Assembly (NCBI GenBank): GCA_964057225.1
Contig: OZ059899.1
Span: 16,244,001-16,308,000, forward strand
Source of the DNA: Auanema rhodensis
Taxonomy: Eukaryota > Animalia > Nematoda
Reading direction: 5' to 3'
DNA length: 64,000 nucleotides
Positions 27,364-38,449 of this stretch are shown here, one piece after another. The position numbers and the translations under genes were made by a program. The notes below the pieces were generated by a model. That model did not search any database. It saw only the letters and a program-made list of their open reading frames with translations, and had not been told where the DNA came from. How positions within the stretch are numbered: position 1 is the first letter of the stretch; every line of letters starts with the position of its first letter.

Positions 27364-27862
27364 ATGAATCAGCGAGAAGTAGCTGAAAATTACGAAAAGA
27401 TTCTTGATGAAGAAAATATGGAAGAAGAAGTAACAAATATGAACATTGAAGAAGAAATCGTCAAATTGAATAACGAAATCTTCGACTTGAAAGCCGATAT
27501 AAGAAACTTATGTAAACTTCTAAAGGAGTTAAATGAAAACGAGGTAACATATTGTATTTACACCTAACAAAAAAAGGAATCTTGAGAAGTCCAATAACAA
27601 GAATGAAATGAAAGCTCAAAAATTCAACGAAAAATCATTCAAATTGGAAAAAACATATAAACTTTGCAACAAGAAGTATGAAACTGAAAAATGTTTTCAG
27701 TATAACTCCAAAATTAAGAAGTTCTCTAGAGCTGTAAGTCTGAAAGTTTGTTTAAAATGTTTGAACAAGCATTCTGGAACTTGTAAGAGAGAAAAAATTT
27801 GTAAATTTTGTACCTCCAAACAGTATAATTTTATAATATGTCCATATAATAAGAAACTATGA
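27364..27862 (+). CDS. Paralogue of the 26.3-26.7 kb zinc-knuckle gene, divergently oriented, possibly degenerate
   Basis: MNQREVAENYEKIL…KELNENE | GT at 27544 | …KFSRAVSLKVCLKCLNKHSGTC…CKFCTSKQYNFIIC. Intron position matches the paralogue; the acceptor frame is ambiguous. Confidence 0.6.
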
Positions 27863-27893
27863 ATAAATTTTGTATTAATATTTTCAATCATAA

Positions 27894-28238
27894 TTAAAAA
27901 GGAATAAAAGTGGACCAGTCAACCCAAAATTTTGTAATACTCTCGTTACATTTATTCATCCATTCCTTTATATCTTCTGTGTTGTTTAAATTACTTTTAT
28001 TTGCTGTTTTTGAAAATTCGCAAATGATGTTATCAGGATGATAAAGTTCTAAACTTTTGAGTGTTATTATCTTGTCAAAATCGCCATTTATATATGAAAT
28101 GGGTCTAAGATTTATAATGTTTTCTATTTCTATCATCACTGTGTATAGTTCATTATATTCAATTTTTCTGGTTCATATTGATTTAATTAAATATTTCTTA
28201 GTTACACCAATCATCCTTTCATAAAAACCACCACTATT
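27894..28238 (-). pseudogene. BEL/Pao-type integrase, C-terminal fragment
   Basis: GGFYERMIGVTKKYL…(TGA)…EIENIINLRPISY…KFWVDW parallels GGFYERLIRSVK…ECEATINTRPLTY…KFWELW in the intact element. The 5' part is cut by satellite. Confidence 0.75.
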
Positions 28239-28381
28239 TGCCCGGTGAATGTTCCTTTTTCTCAAAAATCATCAACTAAAATCAAATATAGATAAACAGA
28301 GGTTGGGTATTCAGATGTGTAGAATCTGAAATTCCGGGTTAAATTTGGCTGTGACTTTTCACTTTTCCGGAAAAACGATTT
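28239..28381 (+). repeat. 200-bp satellite partial monomer
   Basis: Direct match to the array unit; abuts the LTR. Confidence 0.92.
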
Positions 28382-30692
28382 TGTGCTTGAGCACTCTATA
28401 TTCCTAAATCCTAAAAACTCTCTCTTTTCTTTCTTAACTCTTATTCTTTAATACTTCATAATTCTTTATGAATCTCTTTTAACTGATCAATATTTGTATA
28501 AGTTGAACCTGAGGCCCTTTTTACTCATGACTCATAGGCTACTCATCCCCCACGCATATCTCCGCAGCATAAGCATGAGATAACACTTACTTCTCCTCCC
28601 CTTTTTTGTATCTCTGAGTTCTCTGAGTTAACATTATATCTTGCCTCTCGGGTTAGTATATAAGCCGAGAGAATTCTTCAAATTTTATGTGTCAATAGTG
28701 TAAAAGAGTTTATTCTTGTTACCGTTGCATAATAAATATTCTCTCCATACTCTCTTCGATCAAGAGCACTACTAAAACAATCTACCACTGAACCAACTAT
28801 GCCGCTGCTCCGCTCACCCATTTCTAAGGACACAACGGCGCAAAACATGGTGCATCAGGCCGAGCCTAGTGAAGCAGCCCGCGCCGAAGCGTGGATTGGA
28901 AAATGCTACCAACTTCTGGAAAATATTCCCGAAACGGACAACAAAAGGAAATCGTTCGTCAACCGAACGGTTAGCTATCATTCTAACCGTGCCTCGAATA
29001 TGATTGAAATTAGTCTTACGGAAATAAAATCTATCAATGAGGACACCGAAGCAATCCAAAACTTAATCGAGGAAATGAGAAACATAACGAACAATCTAAC
29101 GGCAGAGGATCAAGAACGCTTAACCGCCAACGAGAGTACTCTCAGAAGACACATCAAATCTCTCACGGACTACAAAATCCATATCGAAGGACAAATCGAG
29201 TTCCTTCGCAACTCGAGACAAGATCAGGACCTGAGGGGAACAATTCCTCGTCTACAAACTCCGCAACTCAAAGAGTCAGTTGGAGGATTTCCCTCGAAAC
29301 AGGACACCAACCCCAATCAAGAACATCCTGTGATAGTCCAAGATAATTACAGTCATCGCCACACAGTGAAATCAGTAGATATTCCAAAATTTGATGGAAA
29401 CATCAAAAACTGGAAGAACTTTTGGACACTCTTTCACCGGCTGATACACACAGCCAACATCCAGGACATTGAGAAATTCAACTATCTACGCCAATCCCTC
29501 ACTGGTGAAGCGGCCTCGTTGATCTCCTCATTTTCCACAGACGAAGAGTTGTACAACTTAGCTGTGAACTATCTGAAGAGCGTCTACGACCAAGAGGACA
29601 AAATTCTCCTCTATCTTATGCTTGATTTTGTTAAATTACAAGCACAATCAACAAGTAATAAGGACCTGCTGCTCCTCATGAGAAGAGTTAACGGAATAGC
29701 AAGGCAAACGGAAAAGAACAATGAAGCGGCCCTCAACGCTCTAGCAACTGTTCTCATCCAGCAGAAACTACCTGGATATATTCTGCAAGAAGTCTTCCGC
29801 ACAACTCCAAGCAATAATCTTAATTGGAGACAACTGGTGAACAAAACCGAACAATACCTCCAACACCAACAAGAGGTTAAAAAAATTTCATCGGACCTGC
29901 AGACGAAAGCGGTTCCAAGAACCATGCATCAATCCTTCAACAGACAAAATTTTGTCACCAATAACCGTCCAAAAGCGGATAACAAAAAACCTTCCGGTAA
30001 ACAAACCTTCAACAGCTGCATATTTTGTCAAAAACCACACGTCCCACGGACCTGTAACACTCCAAAAACAAGGAAAGAGAGACTGACCATACTGAACCAG
30101 GACAAAAGATGCAAAAACTGTCTCAGAAAATCTCAAGCAACAGAAGCATGCCCAAGCAAGCGCTTATGTTCGAACTGTGGAGTAAAACATATTGACCTTC
30201 TCTGCTTTAAAATGAAAACTACAAAAGTCAACTTAACGAACAGCTTTCCCAAGAAAACTGAGAACAAAAAGGACGGACACAGACCTACCACCAGCCAAGC
30301 AGTCACGCATATCACCCAGTGATGACAGTACGATCGAGTTCCAGGATATCTTCTAAACTCGTCGGCCGGAGTGTGCTTGAGCAGTCTATATTCCTAAATC
30401 ATATCTCCGCAGCATAAGCATGAGATAACACTTACTTCTCCTCCCCTTTTTTGTATCTCTGAGTTCTCTAAGTTAACATTATATCTTGCCTCTCGGGTTA
30501 GTATATAAGCCGAGAGAATTCTTCAAATTTTATGTGTCAATAGTGTAAAAGAGTTTATTCTTGTTACCGTTGCATAATAAATATTCTCTCCATACTCTCT
30601 TCGATCAAGAGCACTACTAAAACAATCTACCACTGAACCAACTATGCCGCTGCTCCGCTCACCCATTTCTAAGGACACAACGGCGCAAAACA
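28382..30692 (+). mobile_element. Internally deleted (Gag-only) BEL/Pao LTR retrotransposon
   Basis: 5' LTR 28382-28847 (TGT…ACA), primer-binding site TGGTGCATC at 28848, gag ORF, 3' LTR 30372-30692 with a deletion of about 145 bp. Flanks GATTT / GTTTA give only an imperfect target duplication. Confidence 0.95.
28799..30322 (+). CDS. gag: Gag (DUF1759-type capsid region plus CCHC knuckles) with a frameshifted tail, 507 aa
   Basis: IPKFDG…W..FW..F, EKFNYLRQSLTGEA, CIFCQKPH…C; colinear with the first roughly 480 aa of the 2764-aa ORF. Confidence 0.92.
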   Translation: MPLLRSPISKDTTAQNMVHQAEPSEAARAEAWIGKCYQLLENIPETDNKRKSFVNRTVSYHSNRASNMIEISLTEIKSINEDTEAIQNLIEEMRNITNNLTAEDQERLTANESTLRRHIKSLTDYKIHIEGQIEFLRNSRQDQDLRGTIPRLQTPQLKESVGGFPSKQDTNPNQEHPVIVQDNYSHRHTVKSVDIPKFDGNIKNWKNFWTLFHRLIHTANIQDIEKFNYLRQSLTGEAASLISSFSTDEELYNLAVNYLKSVYDQEDKILLYLMLDFVKLQAQSTSNKDLLLLMRRVNGIARQTEKNNEAALNALATVLIQQKLPGYILQEVFRTTPSNNLNWRQLVNKTEQYLQHQQEVKKISSDLQTKAVPRTMHQSFNRQNFVTNNRPKADNKKPSGKQTFNSCIFCQKPHVPRTCNTPKTRKERLTILNQDKRCKNCLRKSQATEACPSKRLCSNCGVKHIDLLCFKMKTTKVNLTNSFPKKTENKKDGHRPTTSQAVTHITQ

Positions 30693-30699
30693 GTTTATA

Positions 30700-31158
30700 C
30701 AAAGTTCACAAAAAAGTTCAGGCTGTGGGCACTGTGTGCCTGGTGAATGTTCTTTTTTCTCAAAAATTATCAACTAAAATCAAATAAAGATGATCCGAGG
30801 TTGGGTATTCAGATGTGTAGAATCTGAAATTCCGGGTTAAATTTGGCTGTGACTTTTCACTTTTCCGGTAAAACTATTTATATCGAGATCATCCACAAGA
30901 TTTGTTCAGAAAAAAGTTCAGGCTGTGGGCACTGTGTGCCCGGTGAATGTTCCTTTTTCTCAAAAATTATCGACTAAAATCAAATATAAACAGAGGTTGG
31001 GTATTCAGATGTGTAGAATCTGAAATTCCGGGTTAAATTTGGCTGTGACTTTTCACTTTTCCGGAAAAACTGTTTATATCGAGATCATCCACAAGATTTG
31101 TTCACAAAAAAGCTCAGATTGGGTATTCAGATGTGTAGAATCTGAAATTCCGGGTTAA
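30700..31158 (+). repeat. 200-bp satellite, about 2 monomers
   Basis: Direct match to the array unit, with small deletions. Confidence 0.93.
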
Positions 31159-31810
31159 TCTACACATCTGAATATATATTCTCGGATTATCTATTTTTGA
31201 TTTTAGTTGATAATTTCTGAGAAAAAGGAACATTCACCGGAAACACAGTGCCCACAGCCTGAACTTTTTGATCTCGATATAAACAGTTTTACCGGAAAAG
31301 TGAAAAGTCACAGCCAAATTTAACCCGGAATTTCAGATTCTACACATCTGAATACCTAACCTCGGATCATCTTTATTTGATTTTAGTTGATAATTTCTGA
31401 GAAAAAGGAACATTCACCGGAAACACAGTGCCCACAGCCTGAACTTTTTTGTGAACAAATCTTGTGGATGATCTCGATATAAACAGTTTTTCCGGAAAAG
31501 TGAAAAGTCACAGCCAAATTTAACCCGGAATTTCAGATTCTACACATCTGAATACCCAACCTCGGATCATCTTTATTTGATTTTCGATGATGGTCTTGGA
31601 GAAAAAGGAACATTCACCGGGCACACAGTGCCCACAGCCTGAACTTTTTTGTGAACAAATCTTGTGGATGATCTCGATATAAACCGTTTTTCCGGAAACA
31701 GGAGAATTCCTAGCCAAGATTAACCCGGAATTTCAGATTCTACACATCTGACTACCTATTCTCGGATTATCTATTTTTGATTTTAGTTGATAATTTCTGA
31801 GAAAAAGGAA
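31159..31810 (-). repeat. 200-bp satellite, inverted block of about 3 monomers
   Basis: Reverse-complement unit (tctacacatctgaat…gaaaaaggaacattcaccgg). Confidence 0.95.
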
Positions 31811-32375
31811 CGGATCCAGTGCAGTTTCCCCCCCCCCGCCTAAGCCCCGCCCCTTTCGCCAAACGGTGCATACTTTTTGTCAACCTGTATAATTTTAAAC
31901 CGGCGGGAGACATACCTTTCAGAACGGGGGGTTTGGCGAGAAGGGTGAGACGTGTCTGTGGACAGAGACCCAGAGGAAGACGAGAAACTTTCAACATCAC
32001 ATTCTTCCATTAACTTTTCCTTTTGTTCTGTAGTTCGCGTTGCTTTCTTATTGTTTATTTGGAATAATTCTAGTTTATTTTTGTATAAAAATATTTAATG
32101 CTTGTTTTTGTAAAAGTAGCTACTATTTTTTTTTTACTACAATTGGTTAACTATTTGTTGGAGAGTGAATTAGCATCCCTCGATTAGCATGATAATGATT
32201 GAGATAATTTTTCTTTTTCATATTCGATTCTCTTATCTGTGTCTAAATCAACCTGTCGGTGTGTACCCAACTCTAAAACACTAATATTTTTCATGTTTAG
32301 GCTATGCTTTTAATATATGTTACTGATGGGAGTCATGTATTATCAATGCATATCGATATTTTTCATGTTTAGGCT

Positions 32376-33880
32376 ATGCTTTTAATAAATATTACTGATG
32401 GGAGCGATGTATTATCGTTGCCTATCGATAGCGACGATGGACTATTACTTGAAACATTAAAATCTTATTTTCCTGATGCAAGAAACTTGGTTAATCCGTC
32501 TAATGAATCACGAAAAGTTGGAATGAGGTATTTTCATTTTTTTTATCTTAAACAACTATTGTTTAGATTTTAAATTGTTTATATTTGTTTGAAAGAATAT
32601 CTGAATTATATTTTTAAAATTATATTTATTTTTAGACTTTCTAATGGGAAAATTTTTAATCCGTATGGATGGGATCCGAATATTCTTTATTTGGTTCATA
32701 ATGGATCGCGACCACCAATACCAGTTAACCAAGGTATTTTAAAAATATCTTTTTGATTTATGTCAGTTTTTAAATTAATAGTTTTTGCAGATTAAAAAAT
32801 AGATATTTTTAAAATATGTATAATATTAAAAATCTTTAACTTTTGAAGTAGAATATATGTACAATTTCGAGCCAATTAGCTTTTTTCTTTTAAATAGGTT
32901 TATTACATTAGATTTGTTTTAATATTTTTAAACTTAATAAAAAAAGCTTTCAATCAATTTTCAGATGTGATAATGACAACTCCACCGCCTCCGCCTTCTA
33001 GAAGTAAATTTTTTTAATTTAAATTGTATAATCTTTGCATTCAAATAGAAATACTAAAGTATATTTTGTATCTTTAGTTGCTACTAAAGTTCTCAACGAC
33101 TGTTCCGACCTCGTATATCGTGTTCACGGAGAGTTCTCTTCCATCGTTACGACCAGCAATAATCAGCAACAACAATCTGTTTCTCAACAAATAGGATCTG
33201 GAGTTCAATTTCAAGAAAAACGCATTCTCACGGCAGCCCACTTGAAGTTCGTTGTTGGTAATGCATACGACCTCTGGAACAATAGAAAAACGCTCAAAGC
33301 TACTTGCATCTATATCAATAAGCCTTTTGACTTCGCGATTCTGGAATCGGATTCTTTGCCCAAAACAGGATTCCCAACTGGTATACTTAATAGAGGAGAC
33401 AAATTTGTCATCTTGGTAATAATTTCACTTTAGTTATTAAAACATTTACTCTTCGATATGAATGAAAAATTTTTATCCATTTTCAGGGTTATCCGGAAAA
33501 CAGCAGTCGTTATGATCCATTAGTCAGCGACGGAACCATTGAAGATGTCCATGAAGATGGGGTTCATTTACTCGGAGCGATTGGGTCGCGTCATGGTTTC
33601 TCGGGTGCTCCGGTATTCGATAGATTATCGTACTTGGCGGGAATTGTTATCGGAGGAAGAAACGGAGTAAGCCTTAGCATGACTGTGATTTGAGATTTTT
33701 ACAAGATTTTGCAAAGCAGTTGGTCAACGATTCGGGGAAACAACCGGGTGTGAAGATTCTTCCGTTGACTTCTATCAAGATACTAGGTTTGTAAAGATTA
33801 TAAGTTTTTTTATATAAATTTGAATGTAAATTCGAATTAATTTTTCAGCTTTGACCGAAGGTTCCAAAGACTCGCTGTAG
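32376..33880 (+). CDS. TDP-43 N-terminal-like (ubiquitin/DIX-like) domain fused to a trypsin-like serine protease; probable frameshift near the C-terminus
   Basis: Exons 1-2: MLLINITDGSDVLSLPIDSDDGLLLETLKSYFPDARNL…GMRLSNGKIFNPYGWDPNILYLV. Pro linker, then ILTAAH, FDFAIL and GFSGAPVF (His/Asp/Ser triad). TGA at about 33690; a plausible continuation to 33880 lies in another frame. Confidence 0.75.
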
Positions 33881-34329
33881 AACATAATTACAACAATTTC
33901 CGGAATCGATATAAATGAATTTATGATCTTGTCGAAATAAATAAAGTTATTTTTGTTAGGTTGATTCATTGCTTGGTGATAGAAAATTGGTTTAAAATGT
34001 GTTCCACAAAAAAAAGATTATTAAGAGACACTTTTTCTAATTTTGATTTTCGATTTATCAGAAAAATTGCTATGTTAAGTTTTTACATTTATGTATGAGC
34101 CATCTAGACTAATTATTTTTTCTACATTTTTTGATATTTAAATGGTTTGTCAGAAAGACACAGTATTGTATCAGGAGTGTTAAACATCAGGTATTTACTC
34201 AATGTCAGAATAAAGTAGCTCTGAATAATGACTCACAAACATGTGAACATAAACGTTATATCATTAAACATAGTCATAATACAATGGCTTTTGGGAATGT
34301 TGGTATCAAATCAAATCTTTTATCTTAAA

Positions 34330-34950
34330 TTTTTATTATTTATAGAAATGATAAAACAACATCTTGAAAGTCTTTAGTTTCTAATAGCAAACAATAATAA
34401 CCACAATGATGGGTTCCGAATTTTTGAATTTGAAATGTTGAACTCAATATTTTTATTTTATCTTCTCCATTTTTCAAATATTCTTGAAGTTCTAAAGGTG
34501 GATCTAATCCGAACGAATCAAAGTAATATATTTTATCTTTATTTTTGGAATAACAAACCCAATGTGTTCCTCTACCTTCAGAAGAATCTAAATTTACAAT
34601 ACCTACTTCTGTTTCTTTAATTCCTTCATTTGGTAAAGTATCTCTCATGAAGATTCCTCTAAAGTTTGTGAGTCCTAGAGTGTCTACCAATTCTAAAAGA
34701 TCAAAGTTTGTTAATGCCTTTAAATTTTTATTGAATGTTATTTTCATCATTTAATAGCAATAAAAACATTGAAAAGTCTCAAAATTGAAGATGGGCAAAA
34801 TGGTCACTTCTACGTCCAGCCAAAAAAATGACTGATTTTCGATGAGCTTAGACATTTTTCTGATGAAAATAAGCGTTATAATAGCTAAAGAGTGCAAAAA
34901 ACTTCATTTGGGCAAAATGACCGTCCAGCGTCAACCATTTGTATACTACT
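34330..34950. mobile_element. Maverick/Polinton remnant with one terminus
   Basis: Protease ORF plus about 200 bp ending …gtatACTACT (reverse complement AGTAGT, the Polinton terminus) exactly at the satellite junction. Subterminal repeats GGGCAAAATG and CGTCCAGC each occur twice. The other end was not found. Confidence 0.7.
34340..34750 (-). CDS. Adenain-family cysteine protease of Maverick/Polinton type
   Basis: Intronless; IVNLD…GTHWV, YFDSFG and QIQ…CGYYC give the His/Asp/Gln/Cys set of Polinton capsid-maturation proteases. Confidence 0.88.
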   Translation of the reverse strand: MMKITFNKNLKALTNFDLLELVDTLGLTNFRGIFMRDTLPNEGIKETEVGIVNLDSSEGRGTHWVCYSKNKDKIYYFDSFGLDPPLELQEYLKNGEDKIKILSSTFQIQKFGTHHCGYYCLLLETKDFQDVVLSFL

Positions 34951-37900
34951 ATCATCCACAAGATTTGTTCACGAAAAAGTTCAGGCTGTGGGCACTGTGT
35001 GCCCGGTGAATGTTCCTTTTTCACAAAAATTATCAACTAAAATCAAAAATAGATAATCCGAAAATAGGTATTCAGATGTGTAGAATCTGAAATTCCGGGT
35101 TAAATTTGGCTAGGAATTCTCCTGTTACCGGAAAAACGGTTTATATCGAGATCATCCACAAGATTTGTTCAGAAAAAAGTTCAGGCTGTGGGCACTGTGT
35201 GCCCGGTGAATGTTCCTTTTCTCAAAAATTATCAACTAAAATCAGATAAAGATGATCCGAGGTTGGGTATTCAGATGTGTAGAATCTGAAATTCCGGGTT
35301 AAATTTGGCTGTGACTTTTTACTTTTCCGGAAAAACGGTTTATATCGAGATCATCCACAAGATTTGTTCAGAAAAAAGTTCAGGCTGTGGGCACTGTGTG
35401 CCCGGTGAATGTTCCTTTTTCTCAAAAATTATCAACTAAAATCAAAAATAGATAATCCGAGAATAGGTATTCAGATGTGTAGAATTTGAAATTCCGGGTT
35501 AAATTTGGCTAGGAATTCTCCTGTTACCGGAAAAACGGTTTATATCGAGATCATCCACAAGATTTGTTCACGAAAAAGTTCAGGCTGTGGGCACTGTGTG
35601 CCCGGTGAATGTTCCTTTTTCACAAAAATTATCAACTAAAATCAAAAATAGATAATCCGAGAATAGGTATTCAGATGTGTAGAATTTGAAATTCCGGGTT
35701 AAATTTGGCTAGGAATTCTCCTGTTACCGGAAAAACGGTTTATATCGAGATCATCCACAAGATTTGTTCAGAAAAAAGTTCAGGCTGTGGGCACTGTGTG
35801 CCCGGTGAATGTTCCTTTTCTCAAAAATTATCAACTAAAATCAAAAACAGATAATCCGATAATAGGTATTCAGATGTGTAGAATCTGAAATTCCGGGTTA
35901 AATTTGGCTGTGACTTTTTACTTTTCCGGAAAAACGGTTTATATCGAGATCATCCACAAGATTTGTTCAGAAAAAAGTTCAGGCTGTGGGCACTGTGTGC
36001 CCGGTGAATGTTCCTTTTTCTTAAAAATTATCAACTAAAATCAAAAATAGATAAACCGAGAATAGGTATTCAGATGTGTAGAATCTGAAATTCCGGGTTA
36101 AATTTGGCTAGGAATTCTCCTGTTACCGGAAAAACGGTTTATATCGAGATCATCCACAAGATTTGTTCACAAAAAAGTTCAGGCTATGGTCACCGTGTGC
36201 CCGGTGAATGTTCCTTTTTCTCAAAAATTATCAACTAAAATCAAAAACAGATAATCCGAGAATAGGTATTCAGATGTGTAGAATCTGAAATTCCGGGTTA
36301 AATTTGGCTAGGAATTCTCCTGTTACCGGAAAAACGGTTTATATCGAGATCATCCACAAGATTTGTTCAGAAAAAAGTTCAGGCTGTGGGCACTGTGTGC
36401 CCGGTGAATGTTCCTTTTTCTCAAAAATTATCAACTAAAATCAAAAACAGATAATCCGATAATAGGTATTCAGATGTGTAGAATCTGAAATTCCGGGTTA
36501 AATTTGGCTAGGAATTCTCCTGTTCCCGGAAAAACGGTTTATATCGAGATCATCCACAAGATTTGTTCAGAAAAAAGTTCAGGCTGTGGGCACTGTGTGC
36601 CCGGTGAATGTTCCTTTTTCTCAAAAATTATCAACTAAAATCAAAAACAGATAATCCGAGAATAGGTATTCAGATGTGTAGAATCTGAAATTCCGGGTTA
36701 AATTTGGCTAGGAATTCTCCTGTTACCGGAAAAACGGTTTATATCGAGATCATCCACAAGATTTGTTCAGAAAAAAGTTCAGGCTGTGGGCACTGTGTGC
36801 CCGGTGAATGTTCCTTTTTCTCAAAAATTATCAACTAAAATCAAAAACAGATAATCCGATAATAGGTATTCAGATGTGTAGAATCTGAAATTCCGGGTTA
36901 AATTTGGCTAGGAATTCTCCTGTTCCCGGAAAAACGGTTTATATCGAGATCATCCACAAGATTTGTTCAGAAAAAAGTTCAGGCTGTGGGCACTGTGTGC
37001 CCGGTGAATGTTCCTTTTTCTCAAAAATTATCAACTAAAATCAAAAACAGATAATCCGAGAATAGGTATTCAGATGTGTAGAATCTGAAATTCCGGGTTA
37101 ATCTTGGCTAGGAATTCTCCTGTTTCCGGAAAAACGGTTTATATCGAGATCATCCACAAGATTTGTTCAGAAAAAAGTTCAGGCTGTGGGCACTGTGTGC
37201 CCGGTGAATGTTCCTTTTTCTCAAAAATTATCAACTAAAATCAAAAACAGATAATCCGAGAATAGGTATTCAGATGTGTAGAATCTGAAATTCCGGGTTA
37301 ATCTTGGCTAGGAATTCTCCTGTTACCGGAAAAACGGTTTATATCGAGATCATCCACAAGATTTGTTCACAAAAAAGTTCAGGCTATGGTCACCGTGTGC
37401 CCTGTGAATGTTCCTTTTTCTCAAAAATCATCAACTAAAATCAAATATAGATAAACAGAGGTTGGGTATTCAGATGTTTAGAATCTGAAATTCCGGGTTA
37501 AATTTGGCTAGGAATTCTCCTGTTACCGGAAAAACGGTTTATATCGAGATCATCCACAAGATTTGTTCACAAAAAAGTTCAGGCTATGGTCACCGTGTGC
37601 CCGGTGAATGTTCCTTTTTCTTAAAAATTATCAACTAAAATCAAAAATAGATAAACCGAGAATAGGTATTCAGATGTGTAGAATCTGAAATTCCGGGTTA
37701 AATTTGGCTAGGAATTCTCCTGTTACCGGAAAAACGGTTTATATCGAGATCATCCACCAGATTTGTTCACAAAAAAGTTCAGGCTATGGTCACCGTGTGC
37801 CCGGTGAATGTTCCTTTTTCTTAAAAATTATCAACTAAAATCAAATATAGATAAACAGAGGTTGGGTATTCAGATGTTTAGAATCTGAAATTCCGGGTTA

Positions 37901-37986
37901 AATTTGGCTAGGAATTCTCCTGTTACCGGAAAAACGGTTTATATCGAGATCATCCACAAGATTTGTTCACAAAAAAGTTCAGGCTA
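34951..37986 (+). repeat. 200-bp satellite array, about 15 monomers
   Basis: Period of 200 bp (line pattern recurs every 600 bp). Confidence 0.98.
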
Positions 37987-38435
37987 TGTTTTGCGCCGTC
38001 GTGTCCTTAGAAATGGGTGAGCGGAGCAGTGGCATAGTTGGTTCAGTGGTAGATTTTTGTAGTGCTCTTGATCGAAGAGAATATGGAGAGAATATTTATT
38101 ATGCAACGGTAACAAGAATAAATTCTTTTACACTATTGACACATGAGAATTTGAGGAATCCTCTCGGCTTATATACTAACGCGAGAGGCAAGATATAATG
38201 TTAACTTAGAGAATTCAGAGATACAAAAAGGGGGAGGAGAAGCAAGCGTTATCTCATGCTTATTCTGCGGAGATATGCGTGGGGGATGAGTAGCCTATGA
38301 GTCATGAGTAAAAAGAGCCTTAGGTTCAACTTACACGAATATTGATCAGTTAAAAGAGATTTATAAAGAATTACGAAGTATTAGAAAAAGATAGAGTTTT
38401 TAAGGTTTTTTAGGAATATAGAGTGCTCAAGCACA
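37987..38435 (-). repeat. 3' LTR (449 bp)
   Basis: TGT…ACA termini; identical by eye to 46696-47144. Confidence 0.97.
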
Positions 38436-38449
38436 CTCCGGCCGACGAG

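Noticed and set aside
37986-38198. 70-aa antisense ORF in both LTRs (also 46695-46907)
   Set aside because: Short, no motif, and duplicated only because the LTRs are identical.
38436-38449. Missing polypurine tract as a sign of a defective element
   Set aside because: CTCGTCGGCCGGAG precedes the 3' LTR in both copies, so it is the family's normal sequence rather than damage.
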